IMG/VR virus record: IMGVR_UViG_3300038443_002312
Span: 32,001 to 96,000 of that record
Length of the DNA: 64,000 nucleotides
Origin: a virus
Reading direction: 5' to 3' (one strand)
A model generated the notes under the pieces. The model was not told where the DNA came from, ran no database searches, and was given only the letters and a program-made list of their open reading frames with translations. Below are positions 28,508 to 37,809 of this stretch, piece by piece; position 1 is the first letter of the stretch, and each line of letters begins with the position of its first letter. The position numbers were made by a program, and so were the translations under genes.

Positions 28508-29506
28508 TCACTGGCGGCCGGACTGGGCCCGCTTGAGGCCGGCCTCGAACTGCTTGACCGCGTCGATCGCGAACGAGATGGCCGGGCCGGCCCAGTCCGT
28601 CACGTTCGCCGAGTAACCGGCCCGGACCCCGGCCTGGGTCACGTGGGCGAGCAGGGCCCCGGGCTGGCACAGCCTCTGGCCGGCCAGCTTGGAATCGTAG
28701 TCCCGCAGCCGGGCGTGCAGTTCCTGGCCGGTCGACGGGGCCGCCCCGGGCAGGCCGGGCCTGGGGAACTTCCGCCCGAACTGGGCGAACAGGTCCAGGA
28801 CCGCCTTGTCGACCGCGGTCGACACCAGCCCGCGGGCCTTCTCGCCCTCGAACGCGTGCCACAGGGCCTCGAACCCGGGCCGGTCCCGGAGGGCGGCGAA
28901 CTGGTCCTGGTAGGCGCTGATGGCCAGGCGGTCGTCGTCGCTCATCCCGCCCGCGGGCGCGCCCGCCGTCGCCCCCTGGGCGGCCGGGTTCGCCCCCTGC
29001 CCCTGCCGCGGCGGGCCGGCCGAGTCGACCGCCCCCCTCCGCTGCTTGCCCGGGTCGGCCCAGTCGGGGAGCTGCGGGATCTGGGTGATCTGCTTCTTCT
29101 GGGGGTCGTAATCGACCCACACGGGCGGCAGGCGGTACAGGTACCGGCCGATGCCGAACTTGACCGCGGCCCGCTTGAGGGCGTCACTGAAACTCGCCTT
29201 GAGCCGGTCGCCGCCGTCGGGCTGCTCGCTCGGGGAACCGACGTCCTCCTTGGTCACCCACTCGCCGTCGACCCGGACGGACAGTTGGCAGACGACGCAC
29301 CCGTCGTTCAGGACCTCGTAGTGGTCCTTCCAGTTCTCCGCCCCGAGCACGTCATCCAGCCGCTCCTCGACCAGCCGGGCGTCCACGTACGGGACGGCCA
29401 TGGCCCGGTTGTTCTTCGCCGCCTGCGGCTTCCACTTGAGTTGCCGGGCGTCAAAGAACGCGGCCAGGGCCCTCATCTTCTCGGCGGTCGTCGTCCCCTC
29501 GCTCAT
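28508..29506 (-). CDS. Rad52/Rad22 (Sak-like) single-strand annealing protein
   Basis: YVDARLVEERLDDVLG..NW; KASFSDALKRAAVKFGIGRYLY. Confidence 0.9.
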   Translation of the reverse strand: MSEGTTTAEKMRALAAFFDARQLKWKPQAAKNNRAMAVPYVDARLVEERLDDVLGAENWKDHYEVLNDGCVVCQLSVRVDGEWVTKEDVGSPSEQPDGGDRLKASFSDALKRAAVKFGIGRYLYRLPPVWVDYDPQKKQITQIPQLPDWADPGKQRRGAVDSAGPPRQGQGANPAAQGATAGAPAGGMSDDDRLAISAYQDQFAALRDRPGFEALWHAFEGEKARGLVSTAVDKAVLDLFAQFGRKFPRPGLPGAAPSTGQELHARLRDYDSKLAGQRLCQPGALLAHVTQAGVRAGYSANVTDWAGPAISFAIDAVKQFEAGLKRAQSGRQ

Positions 29507-29826
29507 GGCAGACTCCCCTGGGCGGCCCGACGCAGCAGGTCGTCGAAATGCGTCCCGATCGCGGGGCCGACCGCCTCGGCCAGGCCCGGGATCTGGAGCC
29601 CCCGCGTCCGCACCGGGCCCTTCGCGTGCCGGAAGACCACGAGCCCGGCCCGGTCCAGGGCGAGCAGGTGCGTCACCACCGCGTTCGGGCTCCGGTACTC
29701 CAGGGCCGATTGCAGTTCCCGGACCGTCGGCGACTGCCCGCCGGTCCGGACCATGTAGTCCCGGACCGCCAGGAAGACCCGCAGCCGCGGGCCGGTCAGC
29801 CGGTGCTCGTCACCCACTCCCGACAC
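29503..29826 (-). CDS. LexA-type wHTH DNA-binding protein lacking peptidase domain
   Basis: LT..RLRVF..VRDY...G.SPTVREL..AL.YRSPNAV..HL.AL.R.G. Confidence 0.85.
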   Translation of the reverse strand: MSGVGDEHRLTGPRLRVFLAVRDYMVRTGGQSPTVRELQSALEYRSPNAVVTHLLALDRAGLVVFRHAKGPVRTRGLQIPGLAEAVGPAIGTHFDDLLRRAAQGSLP

Positions 29827-29850
29827 GTCGACCCCTCCGCGGACACCAGA

Positions 29851-29879
29851 ATCCTACGGCGGGCCTGTCGCTTTGTCCA
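29851..29879 (-). promoter_or_regulatory. Sigma70-like promoter TGGACA-N17-TAGGAT upstream of LexA-like gene
   Basis: Homologous to 9492-9520. Confidence 0.7.
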
Positions 29880-29895
29880 GATCGGGAGGAAAGAT

Positions 29896-30702
29896 TTATG
29901 CAGTCGGGGGCGCGGGGCCGGGGGACGGCCCGGGGGGCGGCGGCGGGTCGGGCGGCTGGCCGTCGGGCGGCTGGTCGTCGGGCGGGGGCGGGAGGTCGGG
30001 GACCTTGGGCTCGGCGGCCAGGGCCTCGCGGGCGGCGTCCCGGGCGATCTGGTGCAGTTCGTCCTTCGACGCCCCGCCGCCCCGGGCCGTGCTCTCGGCC
30101 AGGGCCCGGTCCGACGCGTCCGGGTTGTCCAGCCCGTGAATCCGCCGCTCCAGGTCGGTCACCCGGACGAGGGTCGACACGAAGTCCATGACCGTCATCT
30201 GGTCGATCTTCATGGCCAGGCTGTTCGGGGCCTTGTCGTCGAGCACCCGCTGGGCGAACTTGGCGGCCATCGCCTGCCCGAGTTCGGCCATCCGGGCCTG
30301 CCGCTGGACGACGGCCCGGGTCTGGCGGACCTGCTCGGCCGTGGCCTCGGCCGCCATGAACGCGTCGTACGCCCGGGCCCGCTTGACCCACTCGTAGTCG
30401 CCGGCCGTCCGGTACATGGTCGAGTGCACGTACGCCGCGACCCGGGCGTCCTGGTCGACCGCGGCCAGGGACCCGAACCCGGCCTCGGTCTGCTCCAGGT
30501 ACGCCCGGGCGGCCTTCGGGATCGTCCGGACGAGCGGGTCGATCCCGAGGTACAGGCGGAACTGGGCGAACGCCGTGGACGGCTCGTTCGGCTGGATCTG
30601 CCACGGGTCCAGGGCCGGGTCGTACGCGAACTTCTGGTTCCGCCGCTTCCGCGGGCCCGGCCGCGGGCGGTTACTGGGCAGTCCCTTGGGCACGGCTGTC
30701 AC
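29896..30702 (-). CDS. Terminase small subunit-like protein
   Basis: WQIQPNEPSTAFAQFRLY...EWVKRARAYD motif of TerS-like phage proteins. Confidence 0.6.
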   Translation of the reverse strand: MTAVPKGLPSNRPRPGPRKRRNQKFAYDPALDPWQIQPNEPSTAFAQFRLYLGIDPLVRTIPKAARAYLEQTEAGFGSLAAVDQDARVAAYVHSTMYRTAGDYEWVKRARAYDAFMAAEATAEQVRQTRAVVQRQARMAELGQAMAAKFAQRVLDDKAPNSLAMKIDQMTVMDFVSTLVRVTDLERRIHGLDNPDASDRALAESTARGGGASKDELHQIARDAAREALAAEPKVPDLPPPPDDQPPDGQPPDPPPPPGPSPGPAPPTA

Positions 30703-30733
30703 TCGCTGGGGTCAGTGCCAACGGGTTGGCGGG

Positions 30734-31675
30734 CTAGAAGTGGGCCTCGCCGCCGCCCGCCGGGGCCCGCGGCCGTTCGGCCTCGCGGGCCAGGACGGTG
30801 GCCTCGCCCGGCTCCGGGGGCGGTTCCGAAACCCCGTCCTGGCCCGGGTCGGGGGGCGGGGCCCAGCCGATATCTATGGCGATGCCCCGCCGCATCAGGT
30901 CGGCGACCAGGGCCCGGCCCTGGACCCACTTGGAGTTCGGGGACAGGTTGAAGAACGCGCAGAACTTCTCCTTCTCGTCGGGCGTCTTGAACACGAGCCC
31001 GACGTAGAACCCGTCCTTGGCCGCCTCGCCCGAGACGTCCTTGTACTCCTCCTTGGCGGCCTTCATGGCCCGGACGGCGTCGGCGTCGGCGGCCGCCGGG
31101 TCGTCCTTCTTCGGGAAGATGTGGGCCAGGTCGATCCCGCCCAGGTCGGACACCTGCGAGTCGAGGATGGACTTGAGCCGGGCGGTGTCGAACCCGAGCA
31201 GGTCGACGTCGATCTGCGGGTCGACCAGGACGTCCTTGGCGAGCTTGTTCCAGTCGAAGAACCCCTGGGCCTCCGGGTTGTTCAGGACGACGTTGAGCTC
31301 CTTCTCCTTCGTCTCGTCCAGGTCGACCACCTTGACCTCGACCCCGTACCCCTCCTCCCGGCCGGCCTGCTGGTCGAGGATCGTCAGCCGCTGGTGCCCG
31401 CCGACCAGGTTCCCCGTCCGCTGGTTCCAGATCAGGTTCTCGACCATGCCGAACTCGCGCATGGACTTCTTGAGCCGGGACTGGCCGGACGTGTCGATCT
31501 GGCGGGGGTTGTACGGGGCCTTGTTGATCCGCTCGCGCGGGATCACGGTGGTCTGCCAGCGGGCGAACAGCGGGTGCAAGGGGGGCGGTTCCGGCCGGGC
31601 GGCGGCCCGGGCCGGCTCGGCGGGCTCGGGCGGGGCGGCGGCCTCGCGGGCGGTGGGCGGCTTGGTCTTGGCCAT
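30734..31675 (-). CDS. ParB/Srx-like N-terminal domain protein
   Basis: APYNPRQI...FGMVENLIWNQRTGNLVGGHQRL. Confidence 0.85.
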   Translation of the reverse strand: MAKTKPPTAREAAAPPEPAEPARAAARPEPPPLHPLFARWQTTVIPRERINKAPYNPRQIDTSGQSRLKKSMREFGMVENLIWNQRTGNLVGGHQRLTILDQQAGREEGYGVEVKVVDLDETKEKELNVVLNNPEAQGFFDWNKLAKDVLVDPQIDVDLLGFDTARLKSILDSQVSDLGGIDLAHIFPKKDDPAAADADAVRAMKAAKEEYKDVSGEAAKDGFYVGLVFKTPDEKEKFCAFFNLSPNSKWVQGRALVADLMRRGIAIDIGWAPPPDPGQDGVSEPPPEPGEATVLAREAERPRAPAGGGEAHF

Positions 31676-31706
31676 CGGTGCGGGTCGGGGGCTAGGGGTG
31701 AAGGGG

Positions 31707-32447
31707 TCAGCGCTTGACCTGGTTCTTGGCCCGCGGGCGGCCGGTCAGGCCGAGCTCGTGGCGGAGCAGTTCGGCCTCCGCGAACGGGAAGCGGGCGAGC
31801 ACCTTCTGGTAGTCGGCCGGGTAGTGGTCTCGCAGGAAGACCAGGTCCCCGCCCTCCAGCCCGCCGCCGTACGAGTGCCCGATGTGGGCGTACTCGGGGG
31901 AGAGCGGGATGTCGTGCAGCTTCAGGTAGGTGACGACGTCCGCGTTACTCCACTCCGAGAGCGGGTAGCCGCGGCACGACACGAGCATGATCCCGTTGGA
32001 CTGGTTGAGCATCGCCCGCCGCTGGAGGCTGTCGCACTTCTTCAGCCCGTGGGCGAACCACTTGATCCCGGTCTGCTTGTACACCGCGACCTCGACGTCC
32101 CGGATGCGCAGGTCGGGGATGCGGAAGTTCGAGGGCAGGTCGTCGTCCCGGAGGGCGGCGGCGGCCAGCCGGCGGGACAGGGCCCAGTGGGGCAGGCGGA
32201 TGATCCGCCCGAGGGCCAGTTTCGCCCCCGCCCGCTCCTCCCAGTACCGCATGTACTGCTCGTGGAAGGACAGGCCGGGGGTGATGTACATGTAGAACGC
32301 GCCGACCCGCTTGAACCACTTCAGACAAAGGTCCATCATGCAGACGGAATCTTTTCCGCAACTGAACCCGACGTTGATCTCGTCGGTCTCGTAACGAAGC
32401 CGCCGCAGGACGTCCTGGGGGTCGGCCTGCGGCGGGACGGGCGGCAT
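31707..32447 (-). CDS. PAPS reductase-like (PP-loop) protein
   Basis: VGFSCGKDS; GLKKCDSLQRR; YPLSEWSNADVVTYL. Confidence 0.85.
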   Translation of the reverse strand: MPPVPPQADPQDVLRRLRYETDEINVGFSCGKDSVCMMDLCLKWFKRVGAFYMYITPGLSFHEQYMRYWEERAGAKLALGRIIRLPHWALSRRLAAAALRDDDLPSNFRIPDLRIRDVEVAVYKQTGIKWFAHGLKKCDSLQRRAMLNQSNGIMLVSCRGYPLSEWSNADVVTYLKLHDIPLSPEYAHIGHSYGGGLEGGDLVFLRDHYPADYQKVLARFPFAEAELLRHELGLTGRPRAKNQVKR

Positions 32448-32466
32448 GTTCGTTCACCGGCCGGGA

Positions 32467-32721
32467 TCAGCCGGTCTCCCCACTCCCCAGCATCCGGTTG
32501 ACCCGGCGCCGGACCATCCGGCTCTGCGACGGCGTCCTGCCCGGGATGCCGGTCGCGATCCGGCCGGACTCCTGGACCGACCGGCGGGCGGCGGCGAACC
32601 GCTGGCTCGCCGCCTCGGCCCGGTTGACGCCCCCGGGCCCCATCCGCCGCGTCTGCCGGCGGCTCGCCGCGTCCGCCTTCTTCGTCGGCCGGCTGTTGCC
32701 CGGCGTGTTCCGACGCGCCAT
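32467..32721 (-). CDS. Small Arg-rich basic protein
   Basis: ATG 32721; highly basic 84 aa. Confidence 0.55.
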   Translation of the reverse strand: MARRNTPGNSRPTKKADAASRRQTRRMGPGGVNRAEAASQRFAAARRSVQESGRIATGIPGRTPSQSRMVRRRVNRMLGSGETG

Positions 32722-32871
32722 TTCCTGCCTCCGTCCCGATTCAAGCCATCGGGTGGCTTGGGCCGACTTGCGGGCTCTCACCCGCTCACGCGCCCAGCTT
32801 TGTTGGACGGATCGCCGCGCTCCCGGCAGAACGGCCCCGGGGCCGCCCCGGGGTGTGATCGTTTCGACCGG

Positions 32872-33870
32872 TTATACCGCGGCCGGCTCGCGGTGTCCAG
32901 ACGGGTTGGTTTCGGGCGGCGGTTCGGCCAGGGGGGCCGCGAACTGGAGCAGGTCCGGGAGGCGCCGCCGGGCGAACCCGCCGGCCCGCGCAACCTCTGC
33001 CAGCAGTTTGGCTTGCCACTCGCCCCGGGGCAGGCGGAACAGCCAGTCCTTGACGTCCTCGTCGCGCTTGAGCCCGGGCAGGTCGACCGGGGCGACGGCG
33101 GCGGCCTTCGAGAACATGAGGGCCCCGGCCACCCAGGCGGCGTATTCGAGCCCGACCTCGTTGTGGTCGGGCAGGACCAGGACGACCCGGTGGCGGAACA
33201 GGTCGACGAAGTCCGGGGTCCACCGCCGGCACTTGGCCCCGCCCTGGGTGGTGGTCGCCAGGAACCCCAGCCGGCCGAGCAGGTCGGCCTTGCCCTCGCC
33301 CTCGACCCAGAGGCAGGGGCGGTCGGGGTAGGCGGCGAGCAGGTCGGCGTTGTACGGCCACCACCGGACCTCCGGCAGGTCGACCGCCCCGGCCGCGTTC
33401 TCCTCCGCCCGGACCCGCCGCCAGCCCCACCGCCCGCGGTCGGCGTACTGGCCGCCCAGGAGGCCGTACACCCACGGGCCCTTGGGGTCGCCGTGCAGCC
33501 GCCGCCGGGGCTCGAACCGCTTCGGGTCGAACCGCACGACCTGGTAGGCCGGCTCCCCGTCCGGGTCGCGGTAGTCGTACCAGGCGACCTCGACCACCGG
33601 GTCGTCCCGCCGCCTCCGGTCCGGCGGGCCGATGTCGGCGAACGTCAGCCCGACCGCGGCCAGGACCTGCCTCTTTTCACACTTGCCGCGGCACGAAATA
33701 ATCAAACGACCGTCCCGACCCAACATCAGGGCGAGGGACGGGTCGCGGTCGCCGTGCTTGTGCCCGGCCGCGTTCGGGCAGTGGGCCCACGCCTGGTTCT
33801 GGCCGAACGTGCGGTACCCCTTCAGGCAGGAGGCGAACCTCGGGAATTGCGACATCAGCCAGTCGGCCAC
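32872..33870 (-). CDS. Toprim-type DNA primase with N-terminal Zn-binding domain
   Basis: CPNAAGH.HGD.DPSL...C..C; Y.Y.D..G; VEGEGKAD; LPDHNEVG. Confidence 0.8.
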   Translation of the reverse strand: MADWLMSQFPRFASCLKGYRTFGQNQAWAHCPNAAGHKHGDRDPSLALMLGRDGRLIISCRGKCEKRQVLAAVGLTFADIGPPDRRRRDDPVVEVAWYDYRDPDGEPAYQVVRFDPKRFEPRRRLHGDPKGPWVYGLLGGQYADRGRWGWRRVRAEENAAGAVDLPEVRWWPYNADLLAAYPDRPCLWVEGEGKADLLGRLGFLATTTQGGAKCRRWTPDFVDLFRHRVVLVLPDHNEVGLEYAAWVAGALMFSKAAAVAPVDLPGLKRDEDVKDWLFRLPRGEWQAKLLAEVARAGGFARRRLPDLLQFAAPLAEPPPETNPSGHREPAAV

Positions 33871-33909
33871 GGGCGGTCCCTCGGGTGGGTGCCAACGGGT
33901 TGGCGGGCG

Positions 33910-35367
33910 TCAGTGCCCGGCCCCGATTGTCTCCGGGTGGTTGGATTTAATCCAGTCCTGGGCCGCCCGGGCGGCCAGGACGTACTCGCGGGACGGGGTC
34001 ATGTTGACCTCCTGGCCCGGGCGGTACGTGTCCCAGATGGCCTTGCGGATGTTCGCCGGGAGCTTCTTCCAGCAGCCGGCGCACCCCCACATGGCCGGCG
34101 GGACCTGCCGCCCGCAGCCCGGCCAGTGGCACGTGTGGTCCCGCGTCTGCCCCTGCCGGGTGACGTACTCGACCTTGTCCTGCCGCGGGGTGAGGGCCGG
34201 GTCCAACTCGCGGAACACCTGGACCAGGAAGGACGCGACGAACGCCTCCAGCCCGCGGGCCCGGTGCTCGGCGTTCCCGGCCACGTTCAACACCTTGACG
34301 TTGTTCGCCCGGACCCAGGCCGCGACCCGGGAGGGACTCGCCGTGGTCGGGAACGAGACGTCCAGGAACGGCTTCTGGTTAGCCCGGCACAGGTCCGCCG
34401 TCAGCCTCTCGCCGGCCGAGTTCCAGTCGGCCGCGAACCGCAGGGTCCCGTCGGAGTCCCGGACGTTCGCGGCGGTCCGGTCCGGGTACTTCTCCGACTC
34501 GTGCTCGCGCATCCCGTACAGGGCCGCGAACTCGGGGTGCGGGCCGTCGAGGGCCGTCCACCCCCGGGGCATCCACCCCCCGGTGGGCAGGCCGCACGAC
34601 CGGGCCGCGACCAGCCCGCCCCGGTCCGCCCCGGTCTGGCCGCCGGAGACCACCCTCGCCAGTTTGTGGACCGCCCGCACGCCCCCGCCCTCCTCGGCTT
34701 GTGCCCGGTCCTGCCACCGGACGAAGACCAGTTTGTCGCCCGCCTCGCCCCGCTCCCACGCCCCCCACGGGGCCCGCCAGTGGGCCTCCCCGAGCCACCG
34801 CCAGTGCCGGTCGCCGACCGGGAAGTCCTTGTCGAACGGGTGGGCCGCGTCGTGCACCAGCCAGTGCCGCGGGGCCGTCGCCGCCGGGTCGGCCTCGCCC
34901 CGGTGCGAGCCGGGCTGGACCTGCAAGAAATGGTCGCGGTCGGCCGACCGGGGTTTCAGGTGTTCCGTGAGCCGGTCCCAGAGGGGCTTGCACCGCCTCC
35001 ACCACGCCGCGAGCGCGTCGCTCGGCCGGTCCGGGACGATCTTCAGGCGGCCCTCGGCCGGGACCCACTTGAGCCCGTAGCCGATCCCGTACAGGTCGCG
35101 GACGGCCTTCTCGGCCTGGTGGTCGAACGGGCCGGCCGCCTCGGCCGCGGCCGCCTTGTCGCCCGCCGTCTTGACCTGCTCCGGCATCCAGCCGGCGGCG
35201 GCCAGCCGGGTCAACTCGACGCGGTGGATCGCGACCACCCGGGCCAGCGCGTCCGACACCTCGCCGGAGGCCCCGGGGGCCGCCGCGAGCGCAAAGGCCC
35301 CGTCCTCACCCACCCTCGGGACCAGCCCCCGGTTCAAGCAAATCGCGAACACGCTCTTGGCGTCCAA
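33910..35367 (-). CDS. Multidomain protein with SLOG (putative Mo-carrier/YpsA-like) domain and C-terminal Zn finger
   Basis: VVSGGQTGADRGGL...GGWMPRG; YPDRTAANVRDSDGTL; LNVAGN; CHWPGC...C..CW. Confidence 0.8.
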   Translation of the reverse strand: MDAKSVFAICLNRGLVPRVGEDGAFALAAAPGASGEVSDALARVVAIHRVELTRLAAAGWMPEQVKTAGDKAAAAEAAGPFDHQAEKAVRDLYGIGYGLKWVPAEGRLKIVPDRPSDALAAWWRRCKPLWDRLTEHLKPRSADRDHFLQVQPGSHRGEADPAATAPRHWLVHDAAHPFDKDFPVGDRHWRWLGEAHWRAPWGAWERGEAGDKLVFVRWQDRAQAEEGGGVRAVHKLARVVSGGQTGADRGGLVAARSCGLPTGGWMPRGWTALDGPHPEFAALYGMREHESEKYPDRTAANVRDSDGTLRFAADWNSAGERLTADLCRANQKPFLDVSFPTTASPSRVAAWVRANNVKVLNVAGNAEHRARGLEAFVASFLVQVFRELDPALTPRQDKVEYVTRQGQTRDHTCHWPGCGRQVPPAMWGCAGCWKKLPANIRKAIWDTYRPGQEVNMTPSREYVLAARAAQDWIKSNHPETIGAGH

Positions 35368-35794
35368 GGCCCGCGCCCTCCTCCGGTTCCGGGGCCATCA
35401 CCACCTTCCGGTACCCGGCGTGGACGAGCCCGTCGTGCACGTCCCGGACGGCCTTCGCCCCGGCCGGGGTGTACCGGACGTAGATCGTCGGCTGGACCGG
35501 GCTCGACGGCCTGATGACCCCGTTGACGGTCTCGACCAGCCGGCCCGCCGGCCACGCCCGCAGCCGCTTGCCGCCCGGGGCGTCCCACTCCAGGCGGACG
35601 CCGTCGGGCAGGGTGTCGTGCACGTGGGCGTGCTTGCCCTTCTCCGGGCAGCCGGCCAGCACCTCGGCCATGACCGCCTTCGCCGCCTTGGCGGGGGTCA
35701 TCTGGCCGACGACCTCGCACGTGCGCCCGCACCGCGCGCACCGCCCGGTGTGGACGATGCCGGCGGACTCGATCTTGACCGGGACCAGGGGCAT
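35306..35794 (-). CDS. Hypothetical protein
   Basis: CARC...C...H. Confidence 0.55.
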   Translation of the reverse strand: MPLVPVKIESAGIVHTGRCARCGRTCEVVGQMTPAKAAKAVMAEVLAGCPEKGKHAHVHDTLPDGVRLEWDAPGGKRLRAWPAGRLVETVNGVIRPSSPVQPTIYVRYTPAGAKAVRDVHDGLVHAGYRKVVMAPEPEEGAGLGRQERVRDLLEPGAGPEGG

Positions 35795-35797
35795 ACG

Positions 35798-36637
35798 TCA
35801 CCCGACCTTGCTCAGGGCGGCGGCGACCCGCTCGCGGGCGGCGGCCGCGTACTCCGGAACCCGCTCGACGCCCACGCACCGCCGCCCGCCGCCCTCGCGG
35901 ACGACCGCCTCCCCGGTCGTCCCGGACCCGTAGAACGGGTCGAGGACGAGCCCGCCCGGCGGGCACAGGTACCGGACCCACCACCGCACGAGGTCGAGCG
36001 GGGTCTCGGCCCCGTGCCGCCCGGCCTGGGTGTTCGGGACCGGGATCAGGTTCGGCGGGGTCACCCCGCCCCGGCGAACGGCGGCCGCGTAGCACGCCGC
36101 CTTGTCCACGCTCTGCCCGCTCGGCCCGGCCACCGCCACCCGGGCCCGGTGGTACTGGCGCTCCCCGGCCGACCGGGCCGACTCGGCCCACAGGACCGCG
36201 CCCTGGGCGCGGTAGCAGTCGGGCGGGCCGAGCCAGACGCACGCCTTGACGCTCGGCCGCAGGAGCCCGGCGGCCGGGGCCCCGCCGACCGGCAGGCAGG
36301 CGAAGTTCCACCACCACGCGTCCTGGACCAGCCCCCACCGCTCGGCCCAGTCGAGCATGAACCGCAGCCACCACGTCCGCATCCGCCCGACCCGCTCGCT
36401 GTTCGGCTGGATCACGAAGACCGCCGACCCGGTCGGCCTGAGCACCCGCCGGCACTCGGGGACGACCACGTCCATGAGGGCGAACCACTCGGCCTCCGTC
36501 CACCGCCCGTAGTCCCGGTCGACCTCCGGGTACGGCGGGTCGCAGACCACGCAGTCGAACAGCCCGGCCGGGCACTCGCCCAGCACCGCCCGGGAGTCGC
36601 CGCAGATCGCCCACACCGGCCCGCCGCCGTCGAGCAT
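35798..36637 (-). CDS. N6-adenine/N4-cytosine DNA methyltransferase (beta class)
   Basis: DPPY before VLDPFYGSGTT. Confidence 0.9.
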   Translation of the reverse strand: MLDGGGPVWAICGDSRAVLGECPAGLFDCVVCDPPYPEVDRDYGRWTEAEWFALMDVVVPECRRVLRPTGSAVFVIQPNSERVGRMRTWWLRFMLDWAERWGLVQDAWWWNFACLPVGGAPAAGLLRPSVKACVWLGPPDCYRAQGAVLWAESARSAGERQYHRARVAVAGPSGQSVDKAACYAAAVRRGGVTPPNLIPVPNTQAGRHGAETPLDLVRWWVRYLCPPGGLVLDPFYGSGTTGEAVVREGGGRRCVGVERVPEYAAAARERVAAALSKVG

Positions 36638-36640
36638 ACG

Positions 36641-36967
36641 TCACCCGTGTTTGACCGACCCGCCGGCCCGAACGCTCCCGCCGACCGCCCCGCACGTGAC
36701 CGACCCCCGGGCGTCGACCCCGCCGCCCACGTCCCCGCACGACACCGACCCGTTCGCGGACACTCGCCCGGACACCGACCCGTGGACCGTGACCGCCGCG
36801 TCCGAGTGGACGTCGGCCGCCGGCCCGGACCACTCGACGCGGACGACCCCGGACAGGCCGGTCACGACCTGAGTGTCGCCCACGGTGACGGTCCCGCCGT
36901 CGACCCGGACGCTCCTGCCGTCCGGGACCTCGACCCGCGTCCCGTTGACCACGATCACCGATGCCAC
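36641..36967 (-). CDS. Small beta-helix (bactofilin-like) repeat protein
   Basis: Repeats V.G.V.A.GSV.CG.VGG.V. Confidence 0.6.
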   Translation of the reverse strand: MASVIVVNGTRVEVPDGRSVRVDGGTVTVGDTQVVTGLSGVVRVEWSGPAADVHSDAAVTVHGSVSGRVSANGSVSCGDVGGGVDARGSVTCGAVGGSVRAGGSVKHG

Positions 36968-36991
36968 GTGAGCCCCCTGCCAACTGGTTGG

Positions 36992-37798
36992 CTAGTCGAA
37001 CACCCGTTCCCGCTCCATCCGCCGCAGGCACGCCTCGGGCGACTCCCCGCGGCGGAGTTCGTAACTCGCCCCCACGCACCCGCCCTTCCAGCTGCCCGTC
37101 CGCTCGCCGACCTCGTCGGAGAACGCCACGTCGATGTACGCCCGGGTGCGTTTGGGGAACCACAGCCCGGCCTTCCAGAACAGCCGCCAGCACCAGGTCC
37201 GCCGCTCGGCCGTGACGGCCGCCTCGCGGACCTGGACCTCCCCGGACTGGAGCGTGTAGACGTAGGCGAACGTCTGCCGGTACGCGCCTTCGGGCTCGTC
37301 GTGGTACGGGTAGCGGAGCCCGTCCCGGGCCTGGTCGCCGCGGACGAGTTTGCCGCCGCGGAGGTAGCGGTGCCACCGCCCCAGCCGCGGCCGCCACGCC
37401 CGGGTCACTTCCTCGGTCACGACGAACCGCCCGTCGGCGAGCATCACCTCCCGCCGGACGTGCTCCATCGCCCACGGCAGGTTCACGATCTTGCACCGGT
37501 CCCGCCAGTTCAGGTGCAGGCACCGGGATTCGGGGTCGAGCGTGAACCCCCACGTGTCCAGCATCGGGTCGCGGGGCGGCGTGCCCGCCCGCCGCAGGTC
37601 GACCCACAGGCAGAAGAGGTGCAGCACCCACCGCGGATCGTCGTCGAACTTGTGCAGGGCGACCGACCACCGCCAGGACGCGACCCGGACCCGGCCCCAG
37701 AACGTCCCGCGGGCCCCGAACCGGTACTCGCGGCCGTCGCGGGTCGCCGCCCGCACCCGGGCCGGCCAACTCAGGAGTCGCTTGATCGCCCCGAACAT
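36992..37798 (-). CDS. Hypothetical phage protein
   Basis: F.DEVGERTGSWKGG..G; ATG 37798. Confidence 0.65.
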   Translation of the reverse strand: MFGAIKRLLSWPARVRAATRDGREYRFGARGTFWGRVRVASWRWSVALHKFDDDPRWVLHLFCLWVDLRRAGTPPRDPMLDTWGFTLDPESRCLHLNWRDRCKIVNLPWAMEHVRREVMLADGRFVVTEEVTRAWRPRLGRWHRYLRGGKLVRGDQARDGLRYPYHDEPEGAYRQTFAYVYTLQSGEVQVREAAVTAERRTWCWRLFWKAGLWFPKRTRAYIDVAFSDEVGERTGSWKGGCVGASYELRRGESPEACLRRMERERVFD

Positions 37799-37809
37799 CG
37801 TGCTGCCCC

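Noticed and set aside
29503-29826. Naming the gene lexA / SOS-cleavable repressor
   Set aside because: Only the DNA-binding domain is present; no Ala-Gly cleavage site or S24 peptidase domain.
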